This document shows, piece after piece, positions 43,518 through 53,742 of a stretch of DNA of 64,000 nucleotides; the stretch's first letter is position 1; every line of letters starts with the position of its first letter. Source of the stretch: Nitrosopumilus sp. (GTDB taxonomy: Archaea; Thermoproteota; Nitrososphaeria; Nitrososphaerales; Nitrosopumilaceae); contig CBDBLX010000002.1 in assembly GCA_965207445.1 (NCBI GenBank), positions 576,001 to 640,000 on the forward strand, in the 5' to 3' direction. The notes under the pieces were generated by a model. That model had not been told where the DNA came from and ran no database searches. It saw only the letters and a program-made list of their open reading frames with translations. The translations under genes were made by a program, and so were the position numbers.

Positions 43518-43867
43518 TGTATAATTAGGCAAAATCTGTTTTAGCACAATATGTGTTTCTGGTTTTATATGTGATATATTTTTTAATTGTCTAGTTTAAA
43601 TATAATTATAATGTATGATTTAATAAATTTATTATATAATTATATTTTTATAAATAACTTAGTAAATAATTTTATAAATAATTTTGTGAATAATTTTTAG
43701 TAAGATTATATAAAATAACAAATATCTAAAATTAAAAGCACTTGTAAAAATTAATTTTATATGCACACCAATGAAATCTAAAATAATACTGACTGAGTCT
43801 TGATTTGTTTTTGACTATAGTTCATTTTTATTAACAAATAAAAAAATAACAAAGTGCGTAGATTGCA

Positions 43868-44341
43868 CTATTGTGATTTTAGATAATTTTTGATCGCATC
43901 ATAGTCTGGCTCTTCTAATGGATTATCAGTGACCCATTTGTATCCTATCTTACCATCTACATCTATTACAAAGACTGATCGTTTTGCAGCGTTGTAGTCT
44001 TTTATGTGCAACAAATCCTTCATCAGCACATCATAATCGCGTATGGTCTTACTATTGTAGTCTGATAGGAATGGGAATGTATATCTGTTTGCTGTAGCAA
44101 ATGCCTTGTTTGCAAACGGACCATCATTACTGATCGCTATCACTTGCGCTCCTGCATCTGATATTTCTTGCCATGCATCTCTAAGTTTACACAGCTCTGT
44201 CTCACATACTGGTGAGCTAGATGCCACAATGAATGTCAGCACGATCTTTTTTGTACCTTTGAACTCGTCTAGGTTTCTCATCTTCAAGTCCGTATCTGGA
44301 AGCTCAAAACCTGGAGCAATATCGCCTACGTTCAATGTCAT
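43868..44341 (-). CDS. Peroxiredoxin (AhpC/TSA/BCP family)
   Basis: VGDIAPGFEL, SPVCETELC and KRSVFVID. Confidence 0.9.
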   Translation of the reverse strand: MTLNVGDIAPGFELPDTDLKMRNLDEFKGTKKIVLTFIVASSSPVCETELCKLRDAWQEISDAGAQVIAISNDGPFANKAFATANRYTFPFLSDYNSKTIRDYDVLMKDLLHIKDYNAAKRSVFVIDVDGKIGYKWVTDNPLEEPDYDAIKNYLKSQ

Positions 44342-44399
44342 TATTTGTGTGTATTTTTTTGTATTATAAAGGTCTTAGAAGCTTTGGTTGTTGGACTAA

Positions 44400-44874
44400 C
44401 ATCCAACCATCTTCTCTGAAAAAAAAGTTATGATGGATGATCATCGAGTGTATGATGAAAGATATGTAGACTTTAATCCGCGCGTCGATTTGAGTTTGTT
44501 CTCAAACCCACCATTGAGTTTTTTAGAGATGTTGTTTTAGTTGAATATGTTTTGCAGACGTATCTTGCAGACGTATCTTGCAGACGTATCTTGCAGACGT
44601 ATCTTGCAGACGTGCACAAAGCGCGATCCGTTCCTCTTACAGAATATCTTCTTTGCAGGCTTGATGAACTCTTGGAGGCAGTCGTTGATTAGTGTATACG
44701 TGGTAACCTGAGCGCATGTCAGGCAGTAGATACAAACAATCCAACACGATCAGCTCTTTTTTTTGATTGAGTATTTTCATACAAGAGAAATACTGCTTTG
44801 TCTTTTTTCTGATCTGCCTTGATGGAGACAAAATCATCTGAATTTGCACTAAAATATCACCAATTAAATTTGTA
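44400..44874 (-). pseudogene. Older, degraded IS6-like transposase remnant
   Basis: Fragments INDCLQEFIKPAKKIF and NNISKKLNGGFENKLKSTRGLKS...IIHHNFF resemble the DDE region of the intact transposase. Confidence 0.6.
44552..44613. repeat. 13-bp tandem repeat (TTGCAGACGTATC) x4.8
   Basis: Read directly from the sequence. Confidence 0.95.
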
Positions 44875-45097
44875 AATATCAAGGGTCTTCTGCGTTAATC
44901 GTTGGTAACTGAAATCTGGCAAGTTTAGTAGGTATACTCATGGCGTGGTTGAATAAACTTTTTAAAAATTCACAATTTAAAATCTCACATAATGTATAAT
45001 TCTAGTGAACATTTTCTCAAAATATGGGTGTGTTGACATCGTTTTTGCACATGAACGTTAAATATACACGTCGTGAGATCCCATTGATGAATAAAAA

Positions 45098-46885
45098 ATG
45101 AGATCAAAGAGTGTACAACAAAAGATTACTGATTATGAATTTAACCCTGGTGATGTTCAAGATTCAAATGATTTGGGACAAAAACGCCCAAAGCTAGATC
45201 GTCTTAAACGATTTAGAGGATGGTTTACACTAAAACATGACAGGACAGTAAGGCTAGCAACATGGATGCAAAAACGTGTCTCATGGAGCAAGGGCGCAGA
45301 AAAACGAGGTCAAAAAGCCATGCGTATACTGGAAAAACCAGAGAATATAACGTGCATTAAACCTGGTCATTATGCAGTCAAATCGCAGTCCCAACCAGGT
45401 CTGTGGTATGATGTTATCCGGAAATCCACCGGAAGATATGAGTGTAACTGCTTAGATTACGAATACAGAAAAGCTAAATGTAAACACATTTTGGCGGTGA
45501 CGGCACATGTAGTGGACAATGAAGCAGAAAAAATTATGAAAAACATATCGGAGACCGACAATAAAGAGACAAACGTTACAAATCGTTGCACTACCATTAC
45601 AGAATATTGTACCAAAAAATACGATGGTGGTGATCAATTACCACACACAGAATCAAAGCAAGAAAAAGATACAGACACACAAACAAAATCTGAATTATAT
45701 GATGATAATGGTGATGATCAATTACCACACACAGAATCAAAGCAAGAAAAAGATACAGACACACAAACAAAATCTGAATTATATGATGATAATGGTGATG
45801 ATAATGGTGATGATAATGGTGATGATAATGGTGATGATAATGGTGATGATAATGGTGATAATGAATTTACAGATTCTGTTGAGCCTACACACATCTACCC
45901 CATAGATGAAAAACGCCCTCCAAAGTGTAAATACTGCAATAATACGCACATAATCAAATATGGGACACAGGAATGGACTGTAAAAGAAACAGGCCAAAAA
46001 AAGAAAGAACAAAGATGGCAGTGTAGTAAAAAAGACGGTTGTGGTGCAGTATTTGTATACAGAGCAGGCATGGAACGTATGCGTTGTAGCAAAAAAGACG
46101 TAGCAGATATGTTAAATGATTATTTCAAAGGACACTCATCACCAGCAATTTCTGACACACTAAAATCCCAAGGACTAGAAAGACATCACACCAGCATCCT
46201 CAGAACAATTGCAAAATACACCAAAATGATCAATACATACACAATGAACCTACCATTACCAAATCTTGGCGATAGATTTCATGTAGATGAAGTATATGTA
46301 AAGATAAGTAATAAAACGCATTATCTATTTACTATAATTGACTACAAGACGCGGGTATTGCTTGCAATTGAACTGGGAGGTAAAAAGGATGAATTTAATG
46401 CAACGAGCCTGTTTACAAATGCCGCAATACGTGCAAATAAGATACCCGTAGAGATTATCAGCGACGATCTTGACTCATACAAAGTTGCATTTAGAGTCGT
46501 ATACGCACAACTTAGTCCACTTGATGATCACTGTGAGCACATTTCAGATCCTGATAAAATTACACAATTGCAACGACAAAAAAAGACACAATGTATACAC
46601 AAAGACAAAGCAGGAATAAGCAAAACTCATGACAAGGGAAACAACAATGTCATTGAAAGTTTTAACAATATACAGCGAATCTGTTACAATCCTCGACGCG
46701 GAATCAAAAGCACAAAATCTGCCATAGCCATGGGCTTTAGTGTGTGGTACAACTATGTACGTCCACATGGATCATTAGGAGGTACACCCGCAGAAGCAGC
46801 AGGAATAACAATACACGGCAATAACAAATGGATTACACTCATCGGCAATGCTGGCGTGGCAGCCATGGGAGGAGCAGTGGCCTGA
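45098..46885 (+). CDS. DDE transposase (IS6/IS240-like) with N-terminal SWIM zinc finger and zinc ribbon
   Basis: CNC-x9-CKH SWIM; CKYC...CSKKDGC; HVDEVYVKI, IISDDL and NNVIESFN catalytic motifs. Confidence 0.9.
   Translation: MRSKSVQQKITDYEFNPGDVQDSNDLGQKRPKLDRLKRFRGWFTLKHDRTVRLATWMQKRVSWSKGAEKRGQKAMRILEKPENITCIKPGHYAVKSQSQPGLWYDVIRKSTGRYECNCLDYEYRKAKCKHILAVTAHVVDNEAEKIMKNISETDNKETNVTNRCTTITEYCTKKYDGGDQLPHTESKQEKDTDTQTKSELYDDNGDDQLPHTESKQEKDTDTQTKSELYDDNGDDNGDDNGDDNGDDNGDDNGDNEFTDSVEPTHIYPIDEKRPPKCKYCNNTHIIKYGTQEWTVKETGQKKKEQRWQCSKKDGCGAVFVYRAGMERMRCSKKDVADMLNDYFKGHSSPAISDTLKSQGLERHHTSILRTIAKYTKMINTYTMNLPLPNLGDRFHVDEVYVKISNKTHYLFTIIDYKTRVLLAIELGGKKDEFNATSLFTNAAIRANKIPVEIISDDLDSYKVAFRVVYAQLSPLDDHCEHISDPDKITQLQRQKKTQCIHKDKAGISKTHDKGNNNVIESFNNIQRICYNPRRGIKSTKSAIAMGFSVWYNYVRPHGSLGGTPAEAAGITIHGNNKWITLIGNAGVAAMGGAVA
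45632..45856 (+). repeat. 84-bp duplication plus (GATGATAATGGT) x6 inside the transposase
   Basis: DQLPHTESKQEKDTDTQTKSELYDDNGD twice, then DDNG repeats, all in frame. Confidence 0.92.
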
Positions 46886-47071
46886 GTCTGTACAACCTTG
46901 CCATGTGAATCCAAGGGTCTTGAGCCAGTCATGCAACGACGGTGATATTACGGGACGCATCAATGTCGTACAAGCGACAATGGTAGCAACGTGCAAGTTA
47001 CCAACGATTAACGCAGAAGACCCAATATCAAATATGAAATAGTTATATGTAGAATATTATGCAAACTTGTT

Positions 47072-48796
47072 ATGAAATTATTTAATATGATATTGTGTAG
47101 TGTTTTGGTGGCTACAGTATCATTGATAGGGTTTGAAATAATGTATACTGATAATAATGATAATAATAATAGTCTAGTAGTTCAAGAGGCTAGTGCTCAA
47201 AAACCCTACCCGCCTGAACAAATAGGACGTCTCCCAACCTCAGACATGCTACCTGTATGGACACCTAATCAACCAGCACAACCAACTGGAATGCCAGCTA
47301 ACATGAGTAACGTAAATGTTGTGTTTAATGTGGTTATACCATATCTTGGAGGTTGGATACATGAAGATGTCTCTCCATACTTTGCAGACCCCTCTGTTTC
47401 ATTTCGCTATGTTACACTTATTCTAAATGTTGGATATGATGCCAGTGCACCCTATCACCCAACTGCAGTAGGTGTATACTCTAATATCGAAAATAGACCT
47501 GTAGCCGAATATGCCGATGATGAGAACATCAATGTAGCTGTAATGCATGCTCTATACCATCTTGCACTAGAACTTGATTCGAACAAAAAGGATCGTTGGG
47601 ATGAAATGCTAACTCGTATAGGACTTGATCCTACTGATAGACGTGGCCTTGACCTTGACTGTAGCACCACTCAGACGATATCTGATCCAGTTGTAATTGG
47701 TAACTTTGCTGGAAAATGTGTCATCGAAGGACGTCAAAATGATGGATTTAACTATGGCAACACTTACTCTTACTCTGGAACTTATCCTATCATACCTAGT
47801 ACCGTTAATTATACTCCCGTAAATACTGCTACTAATCTAGTAGACCCCTCAAAGTGGCAACCACAACTAGTAACCAAACATAACACACAGTTTGTACAAC
47901 AGTTTGTAACCCCACAATGGGCAAATACAGAGCCATATGCAATAGGATTTAACCCTCGAGACATTAGAACACCTTCTCCTGTAAATAGTGACTATGCGAA
48001 CAACATGGCCGGCTACAAGGCACAAGCAGATGAAGTAATTAATGCAGTTGCAGGTTTAACAGATGAGCAAAAGATGATTATCGAATATTTTGACAACAAG
48101 GCTCGTGAAGTATTGTTCTTTCCAGCAGTAGAGGCAATCAACCCTGAGACTGGCATGCCACACAGAACAGCAGACTTTTTCCGACTAGACTTTATGTTGC
48201 ACATTGCACAATTTGATGCAGGTATATTCACATGGCAAGAGAAAGCCATACATGATGCAGTACGCCCAATAACTGCAATTCAGACAATTTACGGTGACCA
48301 GATGATTCGTACATTTAACGGACAGATGGTATCTGGAAATGACTGGACATCTTATGCTGATGTCGGAGACCACCCAGAGTATCCGTCTGCCACTGCTTGC
48401 TTTTGCGCAGCACAAGCTGCGGCATGGAAACAGTATCATGGTGGTAGTGATACAATTCCAACATTCCAACATCCTCTGTTAGGTCCAGTACCTGGATTCA
48501 CTGGTGTCCTACCTGCTGGCTCTTCAATATATGAGCCTGACATAACTCCTCAAAACAACGTGACTGTAAACTTTGATACATGGTCTGATTATGTTGATAC
48601 GTGTGGTGAGAGTCGTATATGGGCAGGACTGCACTTTAGAGATGCAGTAGATGCATCAATTGAGGTGTGTGATGATATAGGTAATCTTGCGTTTGCATAC
48701 TTTGATACTTTGCTAGATGGTACTGCACAATCGCCTAGAACTCCTGCTGTGGCACTAACTCCTTATGTGGCACCCGTGTCTGCAATTTGTCGTTAA
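47072..48796 (+). CDS. Secreted vanadium-dependent haloperoxidase-like protein (PAP2 superfamily)
   Basis: Signal peptide; KAIHDAVRP (K-x6-RP), HPEYPSAT (variant PSGH) and SRIWAGLHF (SR-x5-H). Confidence 0.8.
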   Translation: MKLFNMILCSVLVATVSLIGFEIMYTDNNDNNNSLVVQEASAQKPYPPEQIGRLPTSDMLPVWTPNQPAQPTGMPANMSNVNVVFNVVIPYLGGWIHEDVSPYFADPSVSFRYVTLILNVGYDASAPYHPTAVGVYSNIENRPVAEYADDENINVAVMHALYHLALELDSNKKDRWDEMLTRIGLDPTDRRGLDLDCSTTQTISDPVVIGNFAGKCVIEGRQNDGFNYGNTYSYSGTYPIIPSTVNYTPVNTATNLVDPSKWQPQLVTKHNTQFVQQFVTPQWANTEPYAIGFNPRDIRTPSPVNSDYANNMAGYKAQADEVINAVAGLTDEQKMIIEYFDNKAREVLFFPAVEAINPETGMPHRTADFFRLDFMLHIAQFDAGIFTWQEKAIHDAVRPITAIQTIYGDQMIRTFNGQMVSGNDWTSYADVGDHPEYPSATACFCAAQAAAWKQYHGGSDTIPTFQHPLLGPVPGFTGVLPAGSSIYEPDITPQNNVTVNFDTWSDYVDTCGESRIWAGLHFRDAVDASIEVCDDIGNLAFAYFDTLLDGTAQSPRTPAVALTPYVAPVSAICR

Positions 48797-48943
48797 TCTT
48801 ATTTTCTAAACACAACTCCTACATACTGTTGAAGACATGTGGGTATTGAAAAACAAACCCCGGCATAATCTTACAAAATGAAAAACATCTCTAAAAATAA
48901 AAATAACTACAATTTATCATAAAATAGTAATTGCCTCAAAACA

Positions 48944-49017
48944 TGGGGACGATGGGACTTGAACCCATGATCTCCAGCGCCCGAGGCTGGCAGTATACCA
49001 AGCTAACCTACGTCCCC
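48944..49017 (-). tRNA. tRNA-Pro(CGG)
   Basis: GGGGACG/CGTCCCC acceptor stem; anticodon arm CCAGC-CTCGGGC-GCTGG; GTTCAAGTC T arm. Confidence 0.93.
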
Positions 49018-49065
49018 GAGTAATTTTTTGTATGTTGTAATATGAACCATTGACATTGTATTTTA

Positions 49066-49145
49066 GTAATCATTTAACTCCCTTCCTACGCCAGACGTTA
49101 AGTGGTGAATCTATGCCTAAATTTGGTAAGAAATTGAACGGTTAC
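49066..49145. mobile_element. MITE family A copy (80 bp, inverted) with 9-bp target duplication
   Basis: GTAATCATTTA...TGAACGGTTAC flanked by TGTATTTTA at 49057-49065 and 49146-49154. Confidence 0.87.
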
Positions 49146-49288
49146 TGTATTTTAGATCAAATTGACGTATTAGATGTTTTTAACTTGTTTTCACACTAAA
49201 GTGTATTAGATTATAAATCCATATTCTTTAACTGTGGTTTAAATTTAAAGGATAGCTTTTTATACAAAAATTAAGGCAAAAAGCTAAA

Positions 49289-49663
49289 TTGGTTGGGGAG
49301 TTAGCAGGCAATTATGGTACAATTGCGCTAATGTTTGGTTTTGCTGCTGTTGCTATGGCACCTGCACTACTTGTTTCAAGAATGATCTCGCCTCGCAAGC
49401 GTAGCAACCCTGTAAAGTTTTTGCCTATGGAGTGTGGTCAAGTGCCTTCAGGTGAAGGACGTACACATTTTATGATGCAGTATTATCCATATATTTTGAT
49501 GTTTGTTGTATTTGATGTGATGGCAATCTTTTTGTATGCTTGGGGTAGCGCACTTTTTGAGCTTCCAAAAAGTGCTACTTTGCCTATGATCGGATTTCTT
49601 GGCATAATGTTCGGCGCTATGGCATTTGCACTATATCAATCGGGGAGAAAAAAGATATGGTAG
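49289..49663 (+). CDS. nuoA: NADH-quinone oxidoreductase subunit A
   Basis: MECG, FVVFDV, three TM segments. Confidence 0.93.
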   Translation: MVGELAGNYGTIALMFGFAAVAMAPALLVSRMISPRKRSNPVKFLPMECGQVPSGEGRTHFMMQYYPYILMFVVFDVMAIFLYAWGSALFELPKSATLPMIGFLGIMFGAMAFALYQSGRKKIW

Positions 49664-49752
49664 TTTCTTATATGCGAAATTTCTATTGTATATTGATGAC
49701 TGATAGTGGGCTGAGCATTCATAAAAGTGAAAAAGGGGGGTGTTTGGTCTAA

Positions 49753-50277
49753 ATGCTCAAAGACTTGGTGACTCCTGAGAATGCCAATGTTTTTGTTGGC
49801 AAACTCGGTGACATACTGGAGCGTGCAATTGACAAACCTCTTGGGTATGCAATAAATTGGGGCCGAATATGGTCACTGTGGCCTGTACATATTGAAACTG
49901 CGTGCTGTAGTGTAGAGTTTGGTGCTGCATCTGGACCACGTTATGATGTTGAACGATTTGGTATTATCGAAGCATTTGGTTCATTACGTCAATGTGATTT
50001 GGTGGTTGTGCAAGGTACTATAACGCGCAAGATGGCTCCAAGACTAAGGTTAGTCTATGATCAAATGCCTGAACCAAAGTATGTTATTGCCATGGGCGCA
50101 TGTGCTATTACAGGTGGACTTTATTTTGATTCATACAATGTACTACCGGGGATTGATGGTGTAATACCTGTAGATGTGTATGTACCCGGATGCCCACCAA
50201 GACCTGAGACATTAATACAGGGTTGTATCCTGTTACAAGAAAAGATCAAGAGAATGAAAGCTAGGAAGTTCGTATAA
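49753..50277 (+). CDS. nuoB: NADH-quinone oxidoreductase subunit B
   Basis: TACCSVE, MGACA and PGCPPRPE. Confidence 0.96.
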   Translation: MLKDLVTPENANVFVGKLGDILERAIDKPLGYAINWGRIWSLWPVHIETACCSVEFGAASGPRYDVERFGIIEAFGSLRQCDLVVVQGTITRKMAPRLRLVYDQMPEPKYVIAMGACAITGGLYFDSYNVLPGIDGVIPVDVYVPGCPPRPETLIQGCILLQEKIKRMKARKFV

Positions 50278-51236
50278 TGAGTAAAGATTCATCGGCAGAT
50301 ACAGAAAAGCCAACATCAAATGAAGCCACTACTACAACAGCAACAAAAGCAGTACAACAATCTACTGAGAGTGATAATGCTACAGATAAAACAACACCAA
50401 AGTCTGAGAGTTCTGATGAACCTACGTCATCTGATTATACAAAAGAAAAAACTATACCCAAGCCAACATCTGATACTAAATCGCCACCAGAACAATCCAA
50501 AACATCATCTGATGTTGTAAAACCACCTGCTGCTAAACCCACACCTGCTGCTAAACCCACACCTGCTGCTAAACCCACACCTGCTGCTAAACCCACACCT
50601 GCTGCTAAACCCACACCTGCTGCTAAACCCACACCTGCTGCTAAACCCACACCTGCTGCTAAACCCACACCTGCTGCTAAACCCACACCTGCCAAAAAAC
50701 CTCTTGCTAAAAAACAACCACCCCCACCCCCACCCCCACCCCCAGAGTTTGAAAAAGGAATATCTGACAAGATATCTGCAAAATTTACTGATGGTGCCGT
50801 AACGTCCACATTCATAAAACCTGGCAGAGTCGGGATAAAAGCAGAGCGAGAGACTGTGCATATGGTCGCAGAATTTATCAGAGATGAACTTGGTTTTGAT
50901 CATGTAGAATCCGTATCTGGTGTAGATTACCCTGCAGACGGTGAGATCGAAGTAGTTTATCACATTGGCTCTTACACTAGTGACTCCTTGGCAGGTCAAA
51001 TAATTACCCTGTCCACTCGAGCACAACGTGAAGACGATCCGATACCTGGAGGTGATGCAACACGACTACCAAGCCTTCGTGATGTATTTTATAGTGTAGA
51101 GTTTCACGAGCGTGAGATATTTGAAATGTTTGGTGTATATTTTGAAGGACATCCGGACAATCGTCGACTATTATTACCCGAAGATTGGGCTGATTTACCA
51201 CCTCTAAGAAAAGACTTTGCCATAAAAGGGAGATGA
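50277..51236 (+). CDS. nuoC: NADH-quinone oxidoreductase subunit C with long repetitive N-terminal extension
   Basis: EREIFEMFGVYFEGHP...PLRKDF. Confidence 0.93.
   Translation: MSKDSSADTEKPTSNEATTTTATKAVQQSTESDNATDKTTPKSESSDEPTSSDYTKEKTIPKPTSDTKSPPEQSKTSSDVVKPPAAKPTPAAKPTPAAKPTPAAKPTPAAKPTPAAKPTPAAKPTPAAKPTPAAKPTPAKKPLAKKQPPPPPPPPPEFEKGISDKISAKFTDGAVTSTFIKPGRVGIKAERETVHMVAEFIRDELGFDHVESVSGVDYPADGEIEVVYHIGSYTSDSLAGQIITLSTRAQREDDPIPGGDATRLPSLRDVFYSVEFHEREIFEMFGVYFEGHPDNRRLLLPEDWADLPPLRKDFAIKGR
50526..50687 (+). repeat. Perfect 18-bp coding repeat CCTGCTGCTAAACCCACA x9 (PAAKPT)
   Basis: Read directly from the sequence. Confidence 0.97.
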
Positions 51237-52438
51237 TTACAACGATGACAGATACACATACAACAGTACCGGCCACCTTTACTAACACTGCACCTGCACC
51301 ATTCACACCCGCTGAACTTCCTCCGGGATTGGCACTCCAAAAGGTTGATGAACGCATCATGACACTAAATGTAGGTCCACAACATCCAGGCTCAGGACAC
51401 ATGCGTATCGTGGTGCAGATTGACGGTGACTATATTGTCGCATGTGATCCGGATCCTGGATATGTACACCGTGGTGAAGAAAAGATGGCAGAGTATCGTA
51501 ACTATATTACAAACATACCTCATCTCGAGAGGCCTGTCATACATGACTCTTGTAACATTTTGTATCCCTATGTGCTTGGAGTCGAAGAACTACTTGGAAT
51601 TGAGACTCCTGAGCGAGCTAAATATGTAAGAGTCATTGCTGCTGAGCTGAACCGTTGTATATATACAATGTACTGGCTTGCAATATATGGAATATTTTTG
51701 GGACACTCTACAATGTTCATGTGGCCTGCAGGTGACAGAGAATTATTAATAGACTTGATGGAAAAGATGACTGGTGCTCGTGTCACGCATGCGCATTTTG
51801 TGCCAGGTGGAATCAGAAACGATCTTCCTCCAAACTTTGAGGATGTCTGTATTAGGCAGGTGAACTATTTTGAAAAACGAATTCGTGAGTATGCTGATAT
51901 CTTTTATGACAATCCAATATTAATATCGCGTACAAAAGATACTGGAGTACTGTCACGTCAAGACGCAATTCGCCTTGGTACTACTGGTTCTGTACTGCGT
52001 GCAAGCGGTGTGGATTATGATGTTCGTAAAAAAGAGCCATATGATGTATATGATGAGCTTGATGTCCAAACAAATGTAATGACTTCTGGTGATTCATATG
52101 CTCGCTCACGTGTTCCTTGGCTTGATATGCTTGAGAGTTGTAACATAATCAAAAGTGCGCTTGAAAAGATGCCAAAGTCTGGTTCTGTGCGGGTCAAATT
52201 AAAACCAAACCCAAAGGGCGGTAATGACACTGTATACAAGCGCGTAGAGTCTGGACGTGGCGCCCTTGGTTGTTATATTGTATCTGATTCAAAACCAGAA
52301 CCATATCGTGTAAAGATGAGTGTTGGTTCGTTTAGAAATCTTATTGCACTGCCATATCTACTCAAGGGTGAAAAACTTGGTAATATGCCGTCTGTATATT
52401 GGAGCCTGAATTATTGGCCAGTGGAGGCTGATCGTTAA
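51233..52438 (+). CDS. nuoD: NADH-quinone oxidoreductase subunit D
   Basis: NVGPQHP, GYVHRGEEK, ESGRG and terminal EADR. Confidence 0.96.
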   Translation: MITTMTDTHTTVPATFTNTAPAPFTPAELPPGLALQKVDERIMTLNVGPQHPGSGHMRIVVQIDGDYIVACDPDPGYVHRGEEKMAEYRNYITNIPHLERPVIHDSCNILYPYVLGVEELLGIETPERAKYVRVIAAELNRCIYTMYWLAIYGIFLGHSTMFMWPAGDRELLIDLMEKMTGARVTHAHFVPGGIRNDLPPNFEDVCIRQVNYFEKRIREYADIFYDNPILISRTKDTGVLSRQDAIRLGTTGSVLRASGVDYDVRKKEPYDVYDELDVQTNVMTSGDSYARSRVPWLDMLESCNIIKSALEKMPKSGSVRVKLKPNPKGGNDTVYKRVESGRGALGCYIVSDSKPEPYRVKMSVGSFRNLIALPYLLKGEKLGNMPSVYWSLNYWPVEADR

Positions 52439-53742
52439 TGTCAGTTATTGCACCCAACTTTAAACTAAGTGAATTTATAAAATCACTTTTTGACAATGCA
52501 TTTTGGGCACTATTGCTTGCAAATTTGGTAGGTCTACCTGCCATAATGATGGTGCTGTTTTATATCGAGATGCCTGTGATCGATGGTGAACTTCTCACAC
52601 CATTTCTTGCATTCACATGGTTAGCTGACCCATCGCGTATACTGCCAATAGTGCATGCGTTTATGGCAACTGACATGTTCCGTGTTATGGTATTTCCAGG
52701 ATTTGGGTTTGCTGCTTTGATTGCCGCAGGGACAATATTTGTAGAGCGAAAGATGCTTGCAAAATTACAGCTTCGTGTGGGTCCATTTTACTGTGGCAAA
52801 GTAGAGGGAATACTTCAGTTGATGGGTGATGGTTTGAAACTTATATCAAAAGAGATAATCATCCCTGCAAAAGCAGACAAGCCAATATTTTGGGTCGCAC
52901 CTATAATTTTTGTGGCTACTGCTGCTGCATTTGTGGCACTGATTCCTGTCGCACCTGGTTGGGTTGTTGCAGACGTTGACTTGGGTCTACTTGCAGTATT
53001 TGCAGTTATAGGGTTCTTTCCAATAGTGACTATACTCTCTGCGTGGTCTGCAAATTCAAAGTTCCCATTCATTGGTGGAATCAGGGCACTATTTCAGATG
53101 GTCTCATTTGAGATTCCATTAATATTGTCTCTTCTTGGTGTAGTTATACTAACAGGTACATTAAACCTCTCTGAGATTGCTGCTAGCCAATCATCATTCC
53201 CATGGATAGTATTTCTACCAATAGGTGCAATCGTATTCTTTACCACGATGCTTGCAGAACTAGAACGAATCCCATTTGATCTACCTGAAGCTGAATCAGA
53301 AATTGTGGCAGGCTGGCTCACAGAACTCTCTGGAATGATGTACGGGTTGGTACAACTTGGAACGTATCTTAAACTCTATGCATTTGCAGCTCTGTTTGTT
53401 GTATTATTTTTGGGTGGTTGGAATGGGCCTATGGTAGTGCCACCTTTCCCAGCGGAGATCATAACTGATGGTATTGTTATGGGTCCTGTAACTGCAAAGT
53501 TCCCTGGACTGCCACTATTCACACAGGAGATGCTAAATGGAACATTGTGGTTTGTTCTAAAGACCGTAGCAGTGATATTCTTCATATTATTGCCCAGAGG
53601 TGTGTTCCCTCGAATTAGAATTGATATGTTGCTTAGTCTAGGATGGGGCAAGCTTATAGGACTTGCATTTGTCAACATCTTTATTGCATTGGGCTTGATT
53701 TATGCTGGAGTTTTGGGACCTGGAGGTATGATACTGCAATGA
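52438..53742 (+). CDS. nuoH: NADH-quinone oxidoreductase subunit H
   Basis: ERKMLAKLQLRVGP, RIPFDLPEAESEIVAG and PRIRID. Confidence 0.96.
   Translation: MSVIAPNFKLSEFIKSLFDNAFWALLLANLVGLPAIMMVLFYIEMPVIDGELLTPFLAFTWLADPSRILPIVHAFMATDMFRVMVFPGFGFAALIAAGTIFVERKMLAKLQLRVGPFYCGKVEGILQLMGDGLKLISKEIIIPAKADKPIFWVAPIIFVATAAAFVALIPVAPGWVVADVDLGLLAVFAVIGFFPIVTILSAWSANSKFPFIGGIRALFQMVSFEIPLILSLLGVVILTGTLNLSEIAASQSSFPWIVFLPIGAIVFFTTMLAELERIPFDLPEAESEIVAGWLTELSGMMYGLVQLGTYLKLYAFAALFVVLFLGGWNGPMVVPPFPAEIITDGIVMGPVTAKFPGLPLFTQEMLNGTLWFVLKTVAVIFFILLPRGVFPRIRIDMLLSLGWGKLIGLAFVNIFIALGLIYAGVLGPGGMILQ

Larger units (their letters stand above)
44883..47023 (+). mobile_element. Intact IS6-family-like insertion sequence (2141 bp)
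   Basis: Perfect 28-bp TIR GGGTCTTCTGCGTTAATCGTTGGTAACT; 8-bp TSD AATATCAA at 44875-44882 and 47024-47031. Confidence 0.93.
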
